The position numbers and the translations under genes are program-made. Positions 36,801-50,200 of a stretch of DNA of 64,000 nt are shown here, piece after piece. The notes under the pieces are model-generated. The model saw only the letters and a list, made by a program, of their open reading frames with translations, did not search any database and was not told where the DNA came from. The stretch comes from Amphiscolops sp. MND2022 (Eukaryota). Numbering within the stretch: the stretch's first letter is position 1; each line of letters begins with the position of its first letter. The stretch lies in assembly GCA_964187785.1 (NCBI GenBank), contig OZ076409.1:79362001-79426000 (forward strand), in the 5' to 3' direction.

Positions 36801-39746
36801 GTAATTTGAAATTTACCGATTATCTCAGCAGAAATCCGGTAGGGGGAGCTATACCGGAAGACAATTACGATGAGGAATACGTAATTAACATATTGACCGA
36901 ACAAGCCGAATTGAATTTGAAATACGGACAATTATTCGCCAACCAATCAGAAAGGAGTAAAACCAAAGTTGAAATTAAAAATGGTACATCCGAAGAACAA
37001 AATGAGATAATCAACAACCAATCACATTCGAATAGAACATTCGAGAAGGATTACGGCGTGAACAAAATTCAACAAAGCGAGAATAATACATCCGGGCAGT
37101 CCGATATTAGCACGCAAAGCTCAAGTTGCCTACCGAAAGAAAATTTAAAATTTGTTCAAAACAAAATTAAACCAAACTTACATACGGAATTTACCGAAAT
37201 GGACCGAGACAATTTCCATCACTGGGGCGCTACACGTGAGATTATGGAGATAATACGGAAAACAGCCCCGAGACAAGTAGACTAGTGGAGCAAAGAAGCA
37301 CACTATCAAGACCCGGAAACCTACGACGCAGATATGACCACCAAACCCCATCGGACAATATTTGTCCCAACCCGCCCGAACAAGAGAAGCAGAGAAGAAA
37401 TAGCCGAAATCAATGCAGAGCTATTACGGCGAGCCAATCGACTGGGAGGTGGATATCATCCGATAAATTTCGAAGAAGAAGAAACCGAAGAAATGCGGGA
37501 AGAAGGAGAAGTAGAGACTGCCGAAACCGAAGAGGACAGTGTAATAATGCGAGGCGACAACCTACCGATCGTAGACCTCAGCAAGTATAACACAGACGGG
37601 AAAGAAGCAAAACATATTCAAATCAACCATATTGTCGGCAAACTCACCGCAAACAAAAAAGTAACTGAAGACCACATAAAGAAAGCCGAGTTCGACTTCA
37701 TGATGGACCTAAAAACGATGATAACGAAGACCGCCATAGATCCGGAACTGACCCGAGTCAGAACCAGCATGCGGAGAGAAGACCGCGAAACAATTCCGGA
37801 CGGATATCGGACAGTTTTTGACAAGCTGTCAATTAGATGGGGTCTGGTCTTTGTCGACGACCAAATAGTAATCCCAATCGACCTCAGACGCCGCCTATTG
37901 GATATACTACATTTCGGCCACTCCGGAATAATGAAGATGATGTCCGAAGCAAAAATATTCTGGTGGCCGGACATGAAGAAGGACATCGAAAATAAAGTAC
38001 AAGACTGTACAGCATGCCTCACATCAGGTAAAAAACTTAAATATCAATTACCGAAAAAACATTACGGAAAACTAGAAAAACTATCCGAACCGGGACAAGA
38101 AATTCAAATTGATTTTATCGGGAAATTACATAATAAACATTTACACGGCGAAACACAGGTACTGATTGCGGTTGATAGATTTAGCAAATGGCCGGCCGTA
38201 AAAATTTGTATATCAGCGGAAACAAAAGAAGTGATAAACTTCTTAACAAGTAACTTTAATCTATCCGGAATACCGGAGAAAATAAAATCAGACAAAGGCG
38301 GAGCATTTATATCGAAAGAATACCTAGAATTTCGCAAAAATCGAAACATGGAAATTGAATACTGTACACTCCGAATGCATACGGGAAACGAAGCAGTGGA
38401 AAGAGCAATACAAACGCTCAAAAATCTAATAATAGCAAACCTGGAAGACGGAATAGGCATAACTGAAAGCGTAAATAGAGCGTTACGGGTAATGCGATTT
38501 ACAATACATACCGGTCTGAAAATAACACCGTTTGAACTACATCACGGTAAAAAACCGAGAACCGAATTAACAAACATTGTTAAAGACGGAAAAACATACC
38601 TATCTAATTGGTCAGAAATGCCTATTTCAGCACCAACCAGACCCAAAATACCAATCTATGTGGGCCGCGATGCGGATGGAGAGATTACCAATCATATGGT
38701 AATGGCGAAGACAAAAACGGAGGAAAAACAATCTACCGAAAACCAAAAAACTCCAAAGAAGAAAAGTTCGGTTAGATATCCATTCAAATTTGTTGAAAAA
38801 AATTACAACAAAAAATCATTGGAAAGGAGATTCCAAAATAAAATACAAACCGCAGATAGCGGAACCGAAAGTACCATAAAAACAGATACCGGAAAAATAA
38901 TAAACCGGAAATTTATTTCGGGACCATTGTTTCAGACCGAAAGAAAAGCCAGAAAAGAACCGGCAATCAACACAAGCGGAGAGAGAAACCCCAAAAACAG
39001 ACACTGCTTGAGGGGTTTGAACGGGAAATATGGCCGATGGGACGAGATCCTACGGGACATCCTGAACGGCAAATTAAAAATCGTCCAAAATCCGAAACAA
39101 CCGGAAAGTGAGACCGAAGACGAAGATGACGACGACGAGTAGATGCCGGAAGAAACCGGAACGCCAATAAAGGTATGACACTTCTGAACGCAACGGAAGC
39201 TACGTACCGATCCGAACTAGGCCGGAAGAAGATGCTCTACAAATCTACACCGATGGAGAAACGACGGATGAGAACTTAGAAAACCAAAACCAAATAAGAC
39301 GATCAATTCGAAATAGTAAAAAACCGAATAGATACGGTAGCATACCTTATAACGGAAATTTTTGGGGTTAGAACAACCGGGTGTAATAAATCATATGTAA
39401 ATTACAGGAAACTTGTGGAACAGGCACAAAGGAACACCTCTACCCGAGAAGGTCCAGAAGCCATCCGATTTCTTTCCCGAAGAGAATACACCAGGACCAT
39501 CAAGCCAGAACTGAGAAGAGAGAGAGGGGAAATGTTATATTCGGTTCATACCGGCTTGACCTCTACCGTAAATTCGGATACCAGCAGTCTAGAAGCTAGG
39601 AGTTGTTTACCAACAAACTCTAAATAGACTCCCATACCATACATACATTTATTATTTTGTTTTGGTTACAATACAGTGATACAAACATAGATCTATCTCT
39701 TTTAACGATTTCCTTTTCTCTTAACCTATATCCTTAGAATAGAACA
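33892..39746 (+). mobile_element. Nested Mag-like Ty3/gypsy element (inner)
   Basis: 214-bp TG..CA LTRs 33892-34105 and 39533-39746 (~13 differences by eye); PBS TGGCGCAGTCAGC at 34106; PPT at 39513-39532. Confidence 0.93.
34158..39142 (+). pseudogene. Single-frame gag-pol of the inner element with a few frameshifts
   Basis: CNKCGKKGHYAKAC knuckle, IIDTGSP, PAWLDD, TTDAS RNase H, HFGH..CTAC, QID..SDKG..VER integrase; frameshifts near 34290 and 37260-37345. Confidence 0.9.
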
Positions 39747-39916
39747 ATAATACGCGCAAGCGGACTGGTACGCATCACTGCAAAACAAACAACAGCCATT
39801 CCAATTTAACACTGACCGCTAATCAGACCAACTCCGACAACAGCAAACGAAGCGCCCAATTAAAGCAAGAAATGATGGCTGATAACAACATTAACCGTCG
39901 AAATTCGGATGAATAC

Positions 39917-41950
39917 AACCGCGACAACCAATTGAAATACAACTGGGGCGCAGACGATGAGATCATGAGGATCGTAAAGAGAAGGGACAACTCCCCGGAA
40001 ATCAGAGAAATCGCTGAAAGGAGAATCGAGCTAACAAAACCCGGCCACATGCGCTCCAAATGGCACAGGAAACCAGACAGAGAAATTCTTCTCCCAAGAA
40101 GACCAAATGAGGGCGCCTGAAAAGAAACAAAAAGAATCGATATCCGCCTACGAAGGAAAGAAGAACACTCGGGGGCGGATATTTCAAAGATTTCGGCGAC
40201 GAAATCCCATCGGCACTGGGAACATCAACTGAAACTAATACGGACACAATCAACATACAGAAAACAACGCATGACACCGAATCGACGGTTTCTTCAACAC
40301 CTGAAGAACCAACCACAACCCAGCAACCGGATCATACCCAGCAATCCCCAAAAAAGAATACCGCGACAGACCAATAGAGGAAATAGCCGTCCGGTATGTA
40401 CGGATAAATCGAGTCATCGAAGAAAGAGCACCAAGAAATCGACAGGAAGAAGACAACATCCGGTCAACCGAATAAGATTTCATGCTCAACCTGGAAACCC
40501 TAATCAAGGAAACAACAGCAGACCCGGACTTGATAGAGGTACAGTGATGTCTAGAAGACAAAAACATGCTGGCAATCCCCGAAGACTACAAGCACGTAGA
40601 AGAAAGACTTACACACCGCTGGGGATAACCAAGATCGACGACCGCATCATCGTCCCAAAAAGTCTACGCTACGCAGCACTAAATGCACTACACTTCGGCT
40701 ATCCGAGAGTCAATAAAATGCGCAACGACGCAACAATCTTTTGGTGGCCAAACATGCGAGCCGATTTTGAGAAGAAAGCCAAAACATACTCCGCTCGCCT
40801 AAACGCCGGTAAGAAATTAAAAACTCAACTACCCATTACCGAAAAATCAAAAATCGATCCGCCAAAAAACCCAGGGCAGGAAATTCAAATTGCTTTTCCG
40901 GGATATCTGAATACCAAACACCTAAACTCTGCCTTTTTTTCTAGTTGCCGTCGACAAGAATAGCCGCTGGCCGGTAGCTAAAATTTGTAAAAACACCAAT
41001 CACGATACGGTTATAACATTCCTACGGGAATATATAAACGTAAACGGCGTACCAGAAAGATCGAATCAGATAAAGGCAGTGCCTTTGTCTCAAAGGAATA
41101 TAAAAATTTCTACAATGAATACAATATAATCCGTAATTACGGTACTCCGAACTTACATACTGGAACAGAATAGGTTGAAAGAACCATCCAATCACTGAAG
41201 CACCTGATAAAAGCAAATCTAGAAGATACAAAGAACCTACGCGAAAGCTTATACAAAGCACTACACGTACCCCGTTTTACCACACACACCGAAATGAAGA
41301 AAACCCCTTCGAACAACACTTCGGACGAAAACAAGGAACCAAATTACTAACCTAAAAAATGCTAATTCAGTTGACTCCAAAGTCTTGTCAGTAAACATCC
41401 CTCGAAACTCCGCAGGAGAAATCACGGACCACCTGGTGATATCCAAAAAGAAGAACAATGACCCGAAGTATCGAAGGGAATGACATTCACACAAAACAAG
41501 AAACCGTCAAAAACAATAAGTAAAACGGAAACTTTAATTAACCATTTACCTTCTACGAAAAAGCCCACACGAAAAGCTCACTTGGGAGCAAATTCGATAA
41601 GAAACCACAGACCGCAATTTCTAGCATGAAACACACTATCGCCACCGACAAAAACAAAATCATACATAGAAATCTAATTTCTAACACGATACTGTTTCAG
41701 AACACGGCGACGCCAACGAAGAGACTAAACACAAGACTCTCTATCGCTGCCGACCAACCCTCCTGCTCGAAGATGACCGAAACGGGAACCACGACCAGCG
41801 GATACCGCAGGAAAGAACCACCAGGGCCAGAAAACACTAAAAACAGCTCTGACTGGCTCAAAAGAACGACTGGCCTCAAACGGGAAAGGGCAAATCACTA
41901 GCCCTGAAAAATCAGCCGGCAAACCGATGTACTCAGACTTGAGCATAGTG
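39917..41950 (+). pseudogene. Outer element pol remainder (integrase), degenerate; 3' limit approximate
   Basis: ALNALHFG..IFWWPNM..GQEIQI fragments homologous to the inner integrase. Confidence 0.8.
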
Positions 41951-44900
41951 TCAGACGACGACTTTCAATGATACAATACAAGTGAAGGAAAGCCAGTACA
42001 CACCAACCCGGAAGACGAGCTACAACTTCTACCAAAAGAAACAAACACAAACCCAGAAACAGGTATAAAACTAAAAGAACTCGCTAACGATCAACTTCCA
42101 TCCGTGAGAAAAGCGAAAAGAATACCTAATGCTAAACAACCCAAAAAATTAGGCGGTATCCATATTACACAATCAACAATAAAAAGAAAACAAGTAATAA
42201 TTGTGTTTTACAGGAAAACCCGACCATTTCTCCGGACGAACCACAGATAAACAGTAGCGAAGACGCGGACAACCGTAAAAAAACGGACAATTGCAGAGAA
42301 GTTATAGAGTGACCTTATTATACGGTCCTATAGACTCAAACAGCCATACACAGCCGATTTCACCCGGAGGGGAAGGAATGTGGAATGCCAAGGTCAAACT
42401 GCCACATTTCGTAACCTTTACTCTGGACAGAGAGTTGTTTAGATAATATTTATAAACAAAGTTTAATTGATTTCTGTCTTATTTATGTTTGGAATACTAT
42501 AACATACCATTCGTTTGTTGAAGTATACTTTAGATCAGTTGAAAGATATATACTCCGCTAACATCGTTTTAAATAGCTTCGTGAGATCTTAATACTCATA
42601 AACTCACAGGCGCTATTTACGTCTCTATATTCGATATTTGTTTTAACTTTCTCATAAAAATTAGAAATATAAAGAACTGGTGGCAATGGGAACAAAATCG
42701 GAAGAAGAAGTATGTTGAACTATGTATAGTGATTTCAGATCCAATGTAATTTTAAGTAACATTGAGTTATCGTGAAAAGCAAAATATCCCCAAGAAATGA
42801 AATTTGAAGCAAGATGAAACAAACACTTTTTATGACTTTTTTGCTTTGAACTCCTATATCTCAGAATTGCAGACTCATACGATGCCCATATTCGCGTATG
42901 CACACAACGAGAACCCAAGCTAAGGGTGTTTCCCGACAAATATTGTATTCATAGTTTTGGCGGAATATACATGACAAATTCTAACATTTTTTTTAAAATA
43001 TTTATTTCAAGTATCTTTATCTGAGACCGGATCTAATCCGAATGTTTTCCTTATTTCTGCGATAGCAGGAATATTTTTGAAATCTGAATTATTGAACTTT
43101 TTTCAGTTCAATTTTTGTCGTGATTTTGAGTACCTACTGAAAAATCAAATATTTTGTTCGGCAGTGAATCTAAACGTGAGATTTAAAATTCGTTTCTCGA
43201 GCGAGTGGGAATTATGCATTCGTACGCCGAGTTATTGAAATGAAGCGAACGAATGTTAATTATTCGTTTGCCGAGAGCTTCGCCTGTATTCAAATGCAAT
43301 TACGAAACTTGGTCTATGCTTAGTAGTTTTATTTACTTTAGCCCGAGAAATACTAAAGGCGGTGTAAGCTGGTAGAGTGATTAATCGTGCGCTATTTAAA
43401 AATCAATTAGATATGCTTCTATTATTGGACATGACAGCTTAAAAGTAGAAATAATACTGTGCCCCGCAGGGGCCTATTTTCTAATCTGAGATGCTGGGGT
43501 TTTCAAGCGCAACATTAACAAAACTCAACGTATGTGCTTGAAGCTCATGATTTCAAGTTGAACTTTACGGGATCCGTTTAATAACGTTTATCCCAATTTA
43601 AAATAATTTTGGCGTTATTTCCTAATTAAATTGAGCTTTACTGGGCTCAAAGTGTGATTCTGAATGAATGTTTTTAAACCTTTTGTTTTTGGAAACTGAA
43701 CTACAATATAACAGTGTTCTAATACGTATGGTTTTCTTACGTACAAAGCACAATACAGTGCTATATGTCCGGACTATTGATTTAAAAAAATTTAATCTTG
43801 CCAAAAAATAGATAGTTTTGCACACTATATGCATACATGCATGAACTAGTTTTCATGTCTGGAAGAGGTTTTTTGTTGCGACTTTTCGCTTGCTTTTTCC
43901 TTTGAGCCTTGAAAGTGTCCATTTTTTCGGAAGGCGCCTTGTTACATACAGTCTACGAAAAATATTACAGTGCTGCGCCGCCTCTTGTCAATGGATTCCA
44001 CTCACAACGATGTTGATTTTAACAAACTGATAGACTCAATTATCACAAAAAAAACAGACGCGGCACTCCAGAAACAAAATTCACGCGATTATGAAAAGTG
44101 GCGTCACTTCTGATGCTTTGAACGTTGAAAATTAAAACCAAAAAATAAAAAAAAAGAGAAAATATTCAAAGAACGTTTTCGGAAAGATATATCAATTTCA
44201 CTGATTCTCCTCCTTTTTGTTTTTGCATGATACTCAAATAATTGTTTAATCCCACCTCCATGCTACTTCAAATTCTAAAGACGGGCGCCAGCGTACCCGA
44301 TTCGGCTTATTTACGCTTGTGGCACCGTCCGCTCACTATTAGTAACCATTTTTTTGTATGCCTTTCAACTTTGAGTCGATATTTTTTGACAAAAGATATC
44401 TCTAACAATTGTACTTCACATGTGCCTTCACGTGTTAACTGCCTAATCTTTGAGCTGGAGTGAAAAATATTTAAAAAGAATCCTACCCAATGGCAAATAC
44501 TCTCGAATATAATTTATATATTTTTTTGCAAAGCATCATTGAGACATTTTTGTTAGCATTTGATGAGATTTCATTCGTATCCATATGATTATCCATTTAG
44601 CTTTTTTCTGAAATGAATACAATTTGGTCTAAATTTTCAGAGGAACCTTTATAACTTTGCTCAGTTCAGAAGCTGATTTTAGAAATGTGAAACTTAGTAT
44701 TCAAAATCAACGGTCATATCATTGCAAAAAAAATAAACCCTTTAGAAGTTAAAGATATTGTGATCTGAGAAAAAAAACATAACAAAACATAATTTCATAT
44801 TGACATTAATTCACTGCAGACTACCCTCGAGCACAAATTATTATCACAAAGAGCGTATCATTTTTAAATCACGTGTCTTCAAACCTTTTTAAAGGCTTCA

Positions 44901-45671
44901 TTAAATGCACAATCTAATGAAGAACCCAAAAAAGCGGACATTCAGGCGCAGCTGAAAAAGCGATAAAATTGGAAGCTCTCAAATATTTTATAAACCATTA
45001 AATCATGAACAATTGTTCAAACCAAAAAAAAATTAAAAACTTTACAACTGTTTCTGTACAATTGTGCACAATAAAATTGTGTATAAAATCGAGAAAAGGT
45101 ATGCAACTTCTCAAAAATATCAATTCCATCGGTTTTTAAGCAGTTTGGAAAATATTTGAAATGATTTTTCTCCATCTCATTTAGAGGCTTTTAATAATAC
45201 CAATAATAAAATTAAAAGCAACTTTTTGATACTTTTGTACAACTTTCAGTTACAAAAGTCTGTAAATCTGGTCGATTAATTTTTCGTATTATTTTGATAC
45301 TGGAAATGAAAGAATACATTCGAAAGAGACTAATGTTGCATATTAACAAGACACCGGAGAAATCCCGGCGTATTTTGCTCACCCATTTGGTAAAAGTTCA
45401 ATAAGTTTTGATCAACTCGGGATCTAATCTCGTCAATTGGCCTGAAAATGAAACTTTGGTCTACAAAGGTAGCTCTTTTTTTTAGAAAAACACTTTCCAT
45501 TCTGTTATATAGCCCAAGTAAACCTATCAAGTGCGTAATACATTTACTAAATGACTACCTTTCCAAATATCGAAGCATGCTAACTAACGCCATAACTTTG
45601 GTTTCTCAATTGGCAGTACCCAGTGCAAGACAAGAAAAAATTGACAGTCTGGCATTTCAATAATGACTAAT

Positions 45672-46610
45672 TATTTTCCGCCCATATTTCATATGGGAAA
45701 GGAAAATATTTAAATCAAACGGGTTTTTTTTTTATTTTCCGCCCATATTTCATATGGGAAAGGAAAATATTTAAATCAAACGGGTTTTTTTTTTTTTTAC
45801 AAAATTTGCCAAGATTTTATTTATATTTAAATTTAAGGGTGTTACCCATAGAATTCAACCCACATAAATTTAGCTTCGTGCGATATGTATTTGTAGAGAT
45901 TTTTGAAGTTTTTTTTAAAAAATGACGAAAATGACCCCTTAATGACAAAATGACCCCTTAATGACAAAAATTCCCAAATTTCTCATTTTTAAACGTTTTT
46001 ATGCAATTTTTGCCATTTTTTTGAGAGACACCGCGAATTAGAAAAATGGACAAGATGAATCGAAGCTTTCTTTTCTTCGAACTTCTCAGCGTTTTTATAG
46101 TGCATTAGTTATTCTTGAGCCTCATTTATGTAGTTGTAGAACAGTTCGGGGCGGAAAATATCCCGCTCCTCAGCGGGCGTCTTGTTTTTTTTTTACAAAA
46201 TTTGCCAAGATTTTATTTATATTTAAATTTAAGGGTGTTACCCATAGAATTCAACCCACATAAATTTAGCTTCGTGCGATATGTATTTGTAGAGATTTTT
46301 GAAGTTTTTTTAAAAAATGACGAAAATGACGAAAATGACCCCTTAATGACAAAATGACCCCTTAATGACAAAATGACCCCGAAAATGACAAAAATTCCCA
46401 AATTTCTCATTTTTAAACATTTTTATGCAATTTTTGCCATTTTTTGAGACACCGCGAATTAGAAAAATGGACAAGATGAATCGAAGCTTTCTTTTCTTCG
46501 AACTTCTCAGCGTTTTTATAGTGCATTAGTTATTCTTGAGCCTCAAATTTATGTAGTTGTAGAACAGTTCGGGGCGGAAAATATCCCGCTCCTCAGCGGG
46601 CGTCTTGTTT
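45672..46610 (+). mobile_element. Helentron/HINE-like element with duplicated 5' end (61 bp) and tandemly duplicated body (~396-bp period)
   Basis: 12-bp subTIR TATTTTCCGCCC (45672, 45733) and GGGCGGAAAATA (46149, 46572); 3' hairpin CCCGCT-cctc-AGCGGG; T-run boundaries; internal AAAATGACCCCTTAATGAC microrepeats. Confidence 0.65.
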
Positions 46611-46678
46611 TATGACAAAACCGAACATTTATAACAAAACTTCCAAATGGCAACTTTCAAAATTTGTTTGTGTTTCAG

Positions 46679-47279
46679 CCAAGTTAACGGCGAAGTTCAC
46701 CCCCAAAATGGTGTCTCAGTCCAACTGTTGAGTCCAAACAATCAGCCACAGGCGCCAGTGAGTGGAGTTAGTCCTCAAACTAGGAGAAAATCTTCGGAGC
46801 CGAAACACCATCGAAGACAATCAAGAGCGAATGCAGAAGCTAGAAGGCAGAACCGGAGAAAGACGTTTCAGAACCAGAAACACAGAATAACTGTTTCGTT
46901 GTTTCTCGTGTGTCTCTGCTTCATCATTATCATCATCCCCCAAACCGCCATCCAACTCATCAACTACTTCACTGAAAATTTGTCAATGACTCTCGTTCTC
47001 AACATCTACAGCATAACTGAGTTGATCTACCTGCTCAACTTCGTCATAAATCCAGTCATATTTGCATACAACAACAGCTACTTGACCGAGCAGATCAAAA
47101 AACGCGTCCCCAAACGGTTCAAGAAGAATGAAAAGAATGGATTAGAGGGCAAAAAGGCACAGAATGGAGCGTCCGCGATACCTATGAACTCCACTGCGTT
47201 GAAGAAGACTACAATACCTACCATGCCGACGTCATTGGTCACTATTGGTAACAATGCTCCTTTGACTTCGGAACTGTGA
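46679..47279 (+). CDS. Terminal exon of a class A (rhodopsin-like) GPCR: ICL3, TM6, TM7, C-tail
   Basis: tgtttcag acceptor ending at 46678; basic ICL3; TM6 ITVSLFLVCLCFIIIIIP; TM7 LLNFVINPVIFAY (NPxxY-like). Upstream exons not identified. Confidence 0.8.
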
Positions 47280-50200
47280 GCTGTGATTATTTGACCCAAA
47301 AGGTCACCCAGGTTTTTTAACTGCAAAGTACTATGAAAACTATGAATTTTTCATAGTTAAGTAAAGTACCATTGATTGTCCCGTTTGGGACAATATAATC
47401 AGAATTGGAACCGAGTTATGATTTTCTACCCGAAGCCCGGCCCGAGCCCGTTTCAGAAATCCTAACACGACCCGATATTTTTGAACATTTCTAACACCCG
47501 ACGAAACTGACTGAAAACCAATTTGATACCCGAGAGTAACTTGTAAATGATAATCAGGTATAAGCATCATGAGAATTCAAAAATCCCATTTTTACAACAT
47601 AGTTCAAAAATTCAACATCAGACAGTTTTTTGTCAGACATCTGGGCTCTACGAGCTGTACAAATATGACCCGCTTGACTAAAATCTCGCCCAGTTTAATG
47701 TATAAATTTTCGATTTGTTTTCCGAATTGTTAATATTTAAAAAAATTAAGCTCGAAAAAGCCCTGCTATAAGTCCGCTCGGCCCGGCCCAGCCCGGCAAC
47801 ATTTAATCACGTGCTTGGTTCCAGCTCTGAAGATAATAGGAGAATCCTATAAATCTAATGCAAATGGAAGAACTTGAGGGGGACTCGGTCAATGACCTTA
47901 CTGGTCCTGCATGATCTATAATGGCGCTTTACAGTGTTTTATCAAAACTTGATCCAAATAGGAAGTATTCAACAGGGTGAAAATTTTATATTTGATATAT
48001 TTCAACTGCAATTCGACACAAAATAAGCAAACCGCTTCGATGTCAAACCACTGTCAAATATTCATTGTGCAATTCTATCATATCTTATTGGTTCTGCGTA
48101 TTGTATTCTAATGTCTCGGTGGTTAGTGTTTCGGTATGTTTTTCAATATAAAATTAATTTACTAGTCATTTATTTTCGTAGCGTAATTATTTTCTAACAT
48201 GCTGATGTTTACATTTTGAATACCTAAACTTAACACGGATTTGATCTTGAGGATTAAAAAAAAAAGAGAGAAGCGTGCTCTTAACCACATTCTGGTGGAG
48301 TTTGTGTGGTAATTTTCAAGTCCCGATTCTTTATTTTTTTTGAAAAAAAAATCGAACTGGGGTCCTTTTTTAATGTTATTCCACTCTTTTCCGAAACTAA
48401 ATTGTAAAACAGGATTACATTTTAAAGAATCCTCATAAATACTAAAACATATTTACCTCCTTTATATCAGCGATCTTTTATTCAAAATACTTTTTGAAGT
48501 TCATAAGCTCATTTTTCAGTATTTTTTGGAACAAAAAAAAACGGAATATTTGCTGTTTGCTCAAATTTATATCTCGTTTTGTAATTTTATTACTCATTCA
48601 AAGACCAAGAAGACCTCATCACTTCAACTGCGGGTAAAGTAGAGTACGTACTCTTTTACTTGGACAGTGACAAATTTTTTTATTTAAAAATTTTCGGATG
48701 GCAATTTGATCTCAGATTGCTCTTGTTTTGCATTTCATTATTCGCGTATTACCGTAAACATTTAGTTTCAAATATTTGTAAAGCATGATTAAATAAATGT
48801 TTAGATTTTATTCTTTTTAATTGAATCTTTGGTGGTTGAGAAATAATGTTCCGCAAGGATTGTTCAGGACAATCCGGGAATGGCATAAGTTACCACCCTG
48901 CTCAAGGCCGAAAACTCGCGAAGTACTTCAAATCATTAAGGAACTGTTCAAATCGAGAAAAAGTTCAAATCTCGCAATGTCAAATAAAATTGAAAAGACT
49001 CTTCGGGCATATAAAAGCTTGTTTCCAAATCTCAAACATTCAGCCAGCTTCAAAAATATGTTATGTGAATTTCGTTAATGTTCGGTGCAATAGCACCTCC
49101 AGGAAAGATTCCGCTCTGAATGGATTTAGCAACACAAATGGAAATGCGGAATCAATTAAAATTTATGCTGATGTATTTCCCAAGAAATTATTCTAAACTT
49201 GTTCTAAGAAGTTCAAAATTAAAATCAATTTCGATTGTTCGTTTTCCTGAGAAGCAAAATTTTTAGTTTCAACACGGCATTTTGTTTTGTACTTTTTAAA
49301 TCCAATCTGTGCCATACACTACAAGAAGCGCTGCAAAAGCTGGGAAATATTTTGCAGTTAATCTAGTGGTTTACGCGGATTAAAGTCCTGGTGAGAGTGT
49401 CTGGAAGCATGAGTAGTTGGGTTTGAGTCCCACTATGGACCGAAACTTTTTTGAGTTTGTAAATAAAGAGAGAAGACAGGAGTTTTGACGGCATTGTGCA
49501 TTTTTTAAATGTTTGAACCAAGGAGTCCTCTGGTTTTAAATAAAAAAAACGTTTTGCAAGCATAGAGTCGCCAATAGAGGAAGTTGTTTGGCGCTTTGCG
49601 ATCCACCGAAACATTTTTCTATCGGAAAACCTTTTTTTCTTTTTCACTATTCACTGCTTCGGCTTTTCACGTTTTAAGCAACAGAAATGTTTGTCAATCC
49701 TTAGAGATCACGCCTCTAAGTATTTTTGGCGGGAGGTCTTGTAAAGGGATTTCAAAAAAGCGGAAGAATTCTGATTTTTATATTTCCCTTCAGAGTCCTA
49801 TATACGAATTTGCGTGAGCTGGTTTCCAGATCATTAGGGGCAATTCAGTTCAGATATTCCGTCGCTTTTTTGTCTTCAAACAACTGAATTACTATTTTCT
49901 AAGTGTCGTTTTTGCCAGGATTCCTAGAACAGTATACGAGATTTAGCGCAATGCTACTGCTCCGCCTTGAGTAATTTTTCCGGGCATCTTCTTGACAATG
50001 TTTAAGTACATCAATTATAACCTTATTATTGTTTTCAAATAGAGAAACAAGTTTAATTGCGGCAGTGTTCAATGCTTGACATTATGCTGGATGTAATCAA
50101 AAGAACTTTTTGCAAAGTCAAATTTTAATGTGTCACTGAGGATAAATGTATGATAGGAATTTTATTTTCATGGTTATCAAATCAAGCGAAATATCATGAA

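Larger units (their letters stand above)
30691..42594 (+). mobile_element. Degenerate Mag-like Ty3/gypsy element (outer), interrupted by a related element
   Basis: 216-bp LTRs 30691-30906 and 42379-42594 (~15 differences by eye); PBS TGGCGCAGT (tRNA-Ser-like) at 30907; PPT GGAGGGGAAGGAA at 42366-42378; TSD CACAT/CTCAT (one mismatch). Confidence 0.9.
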
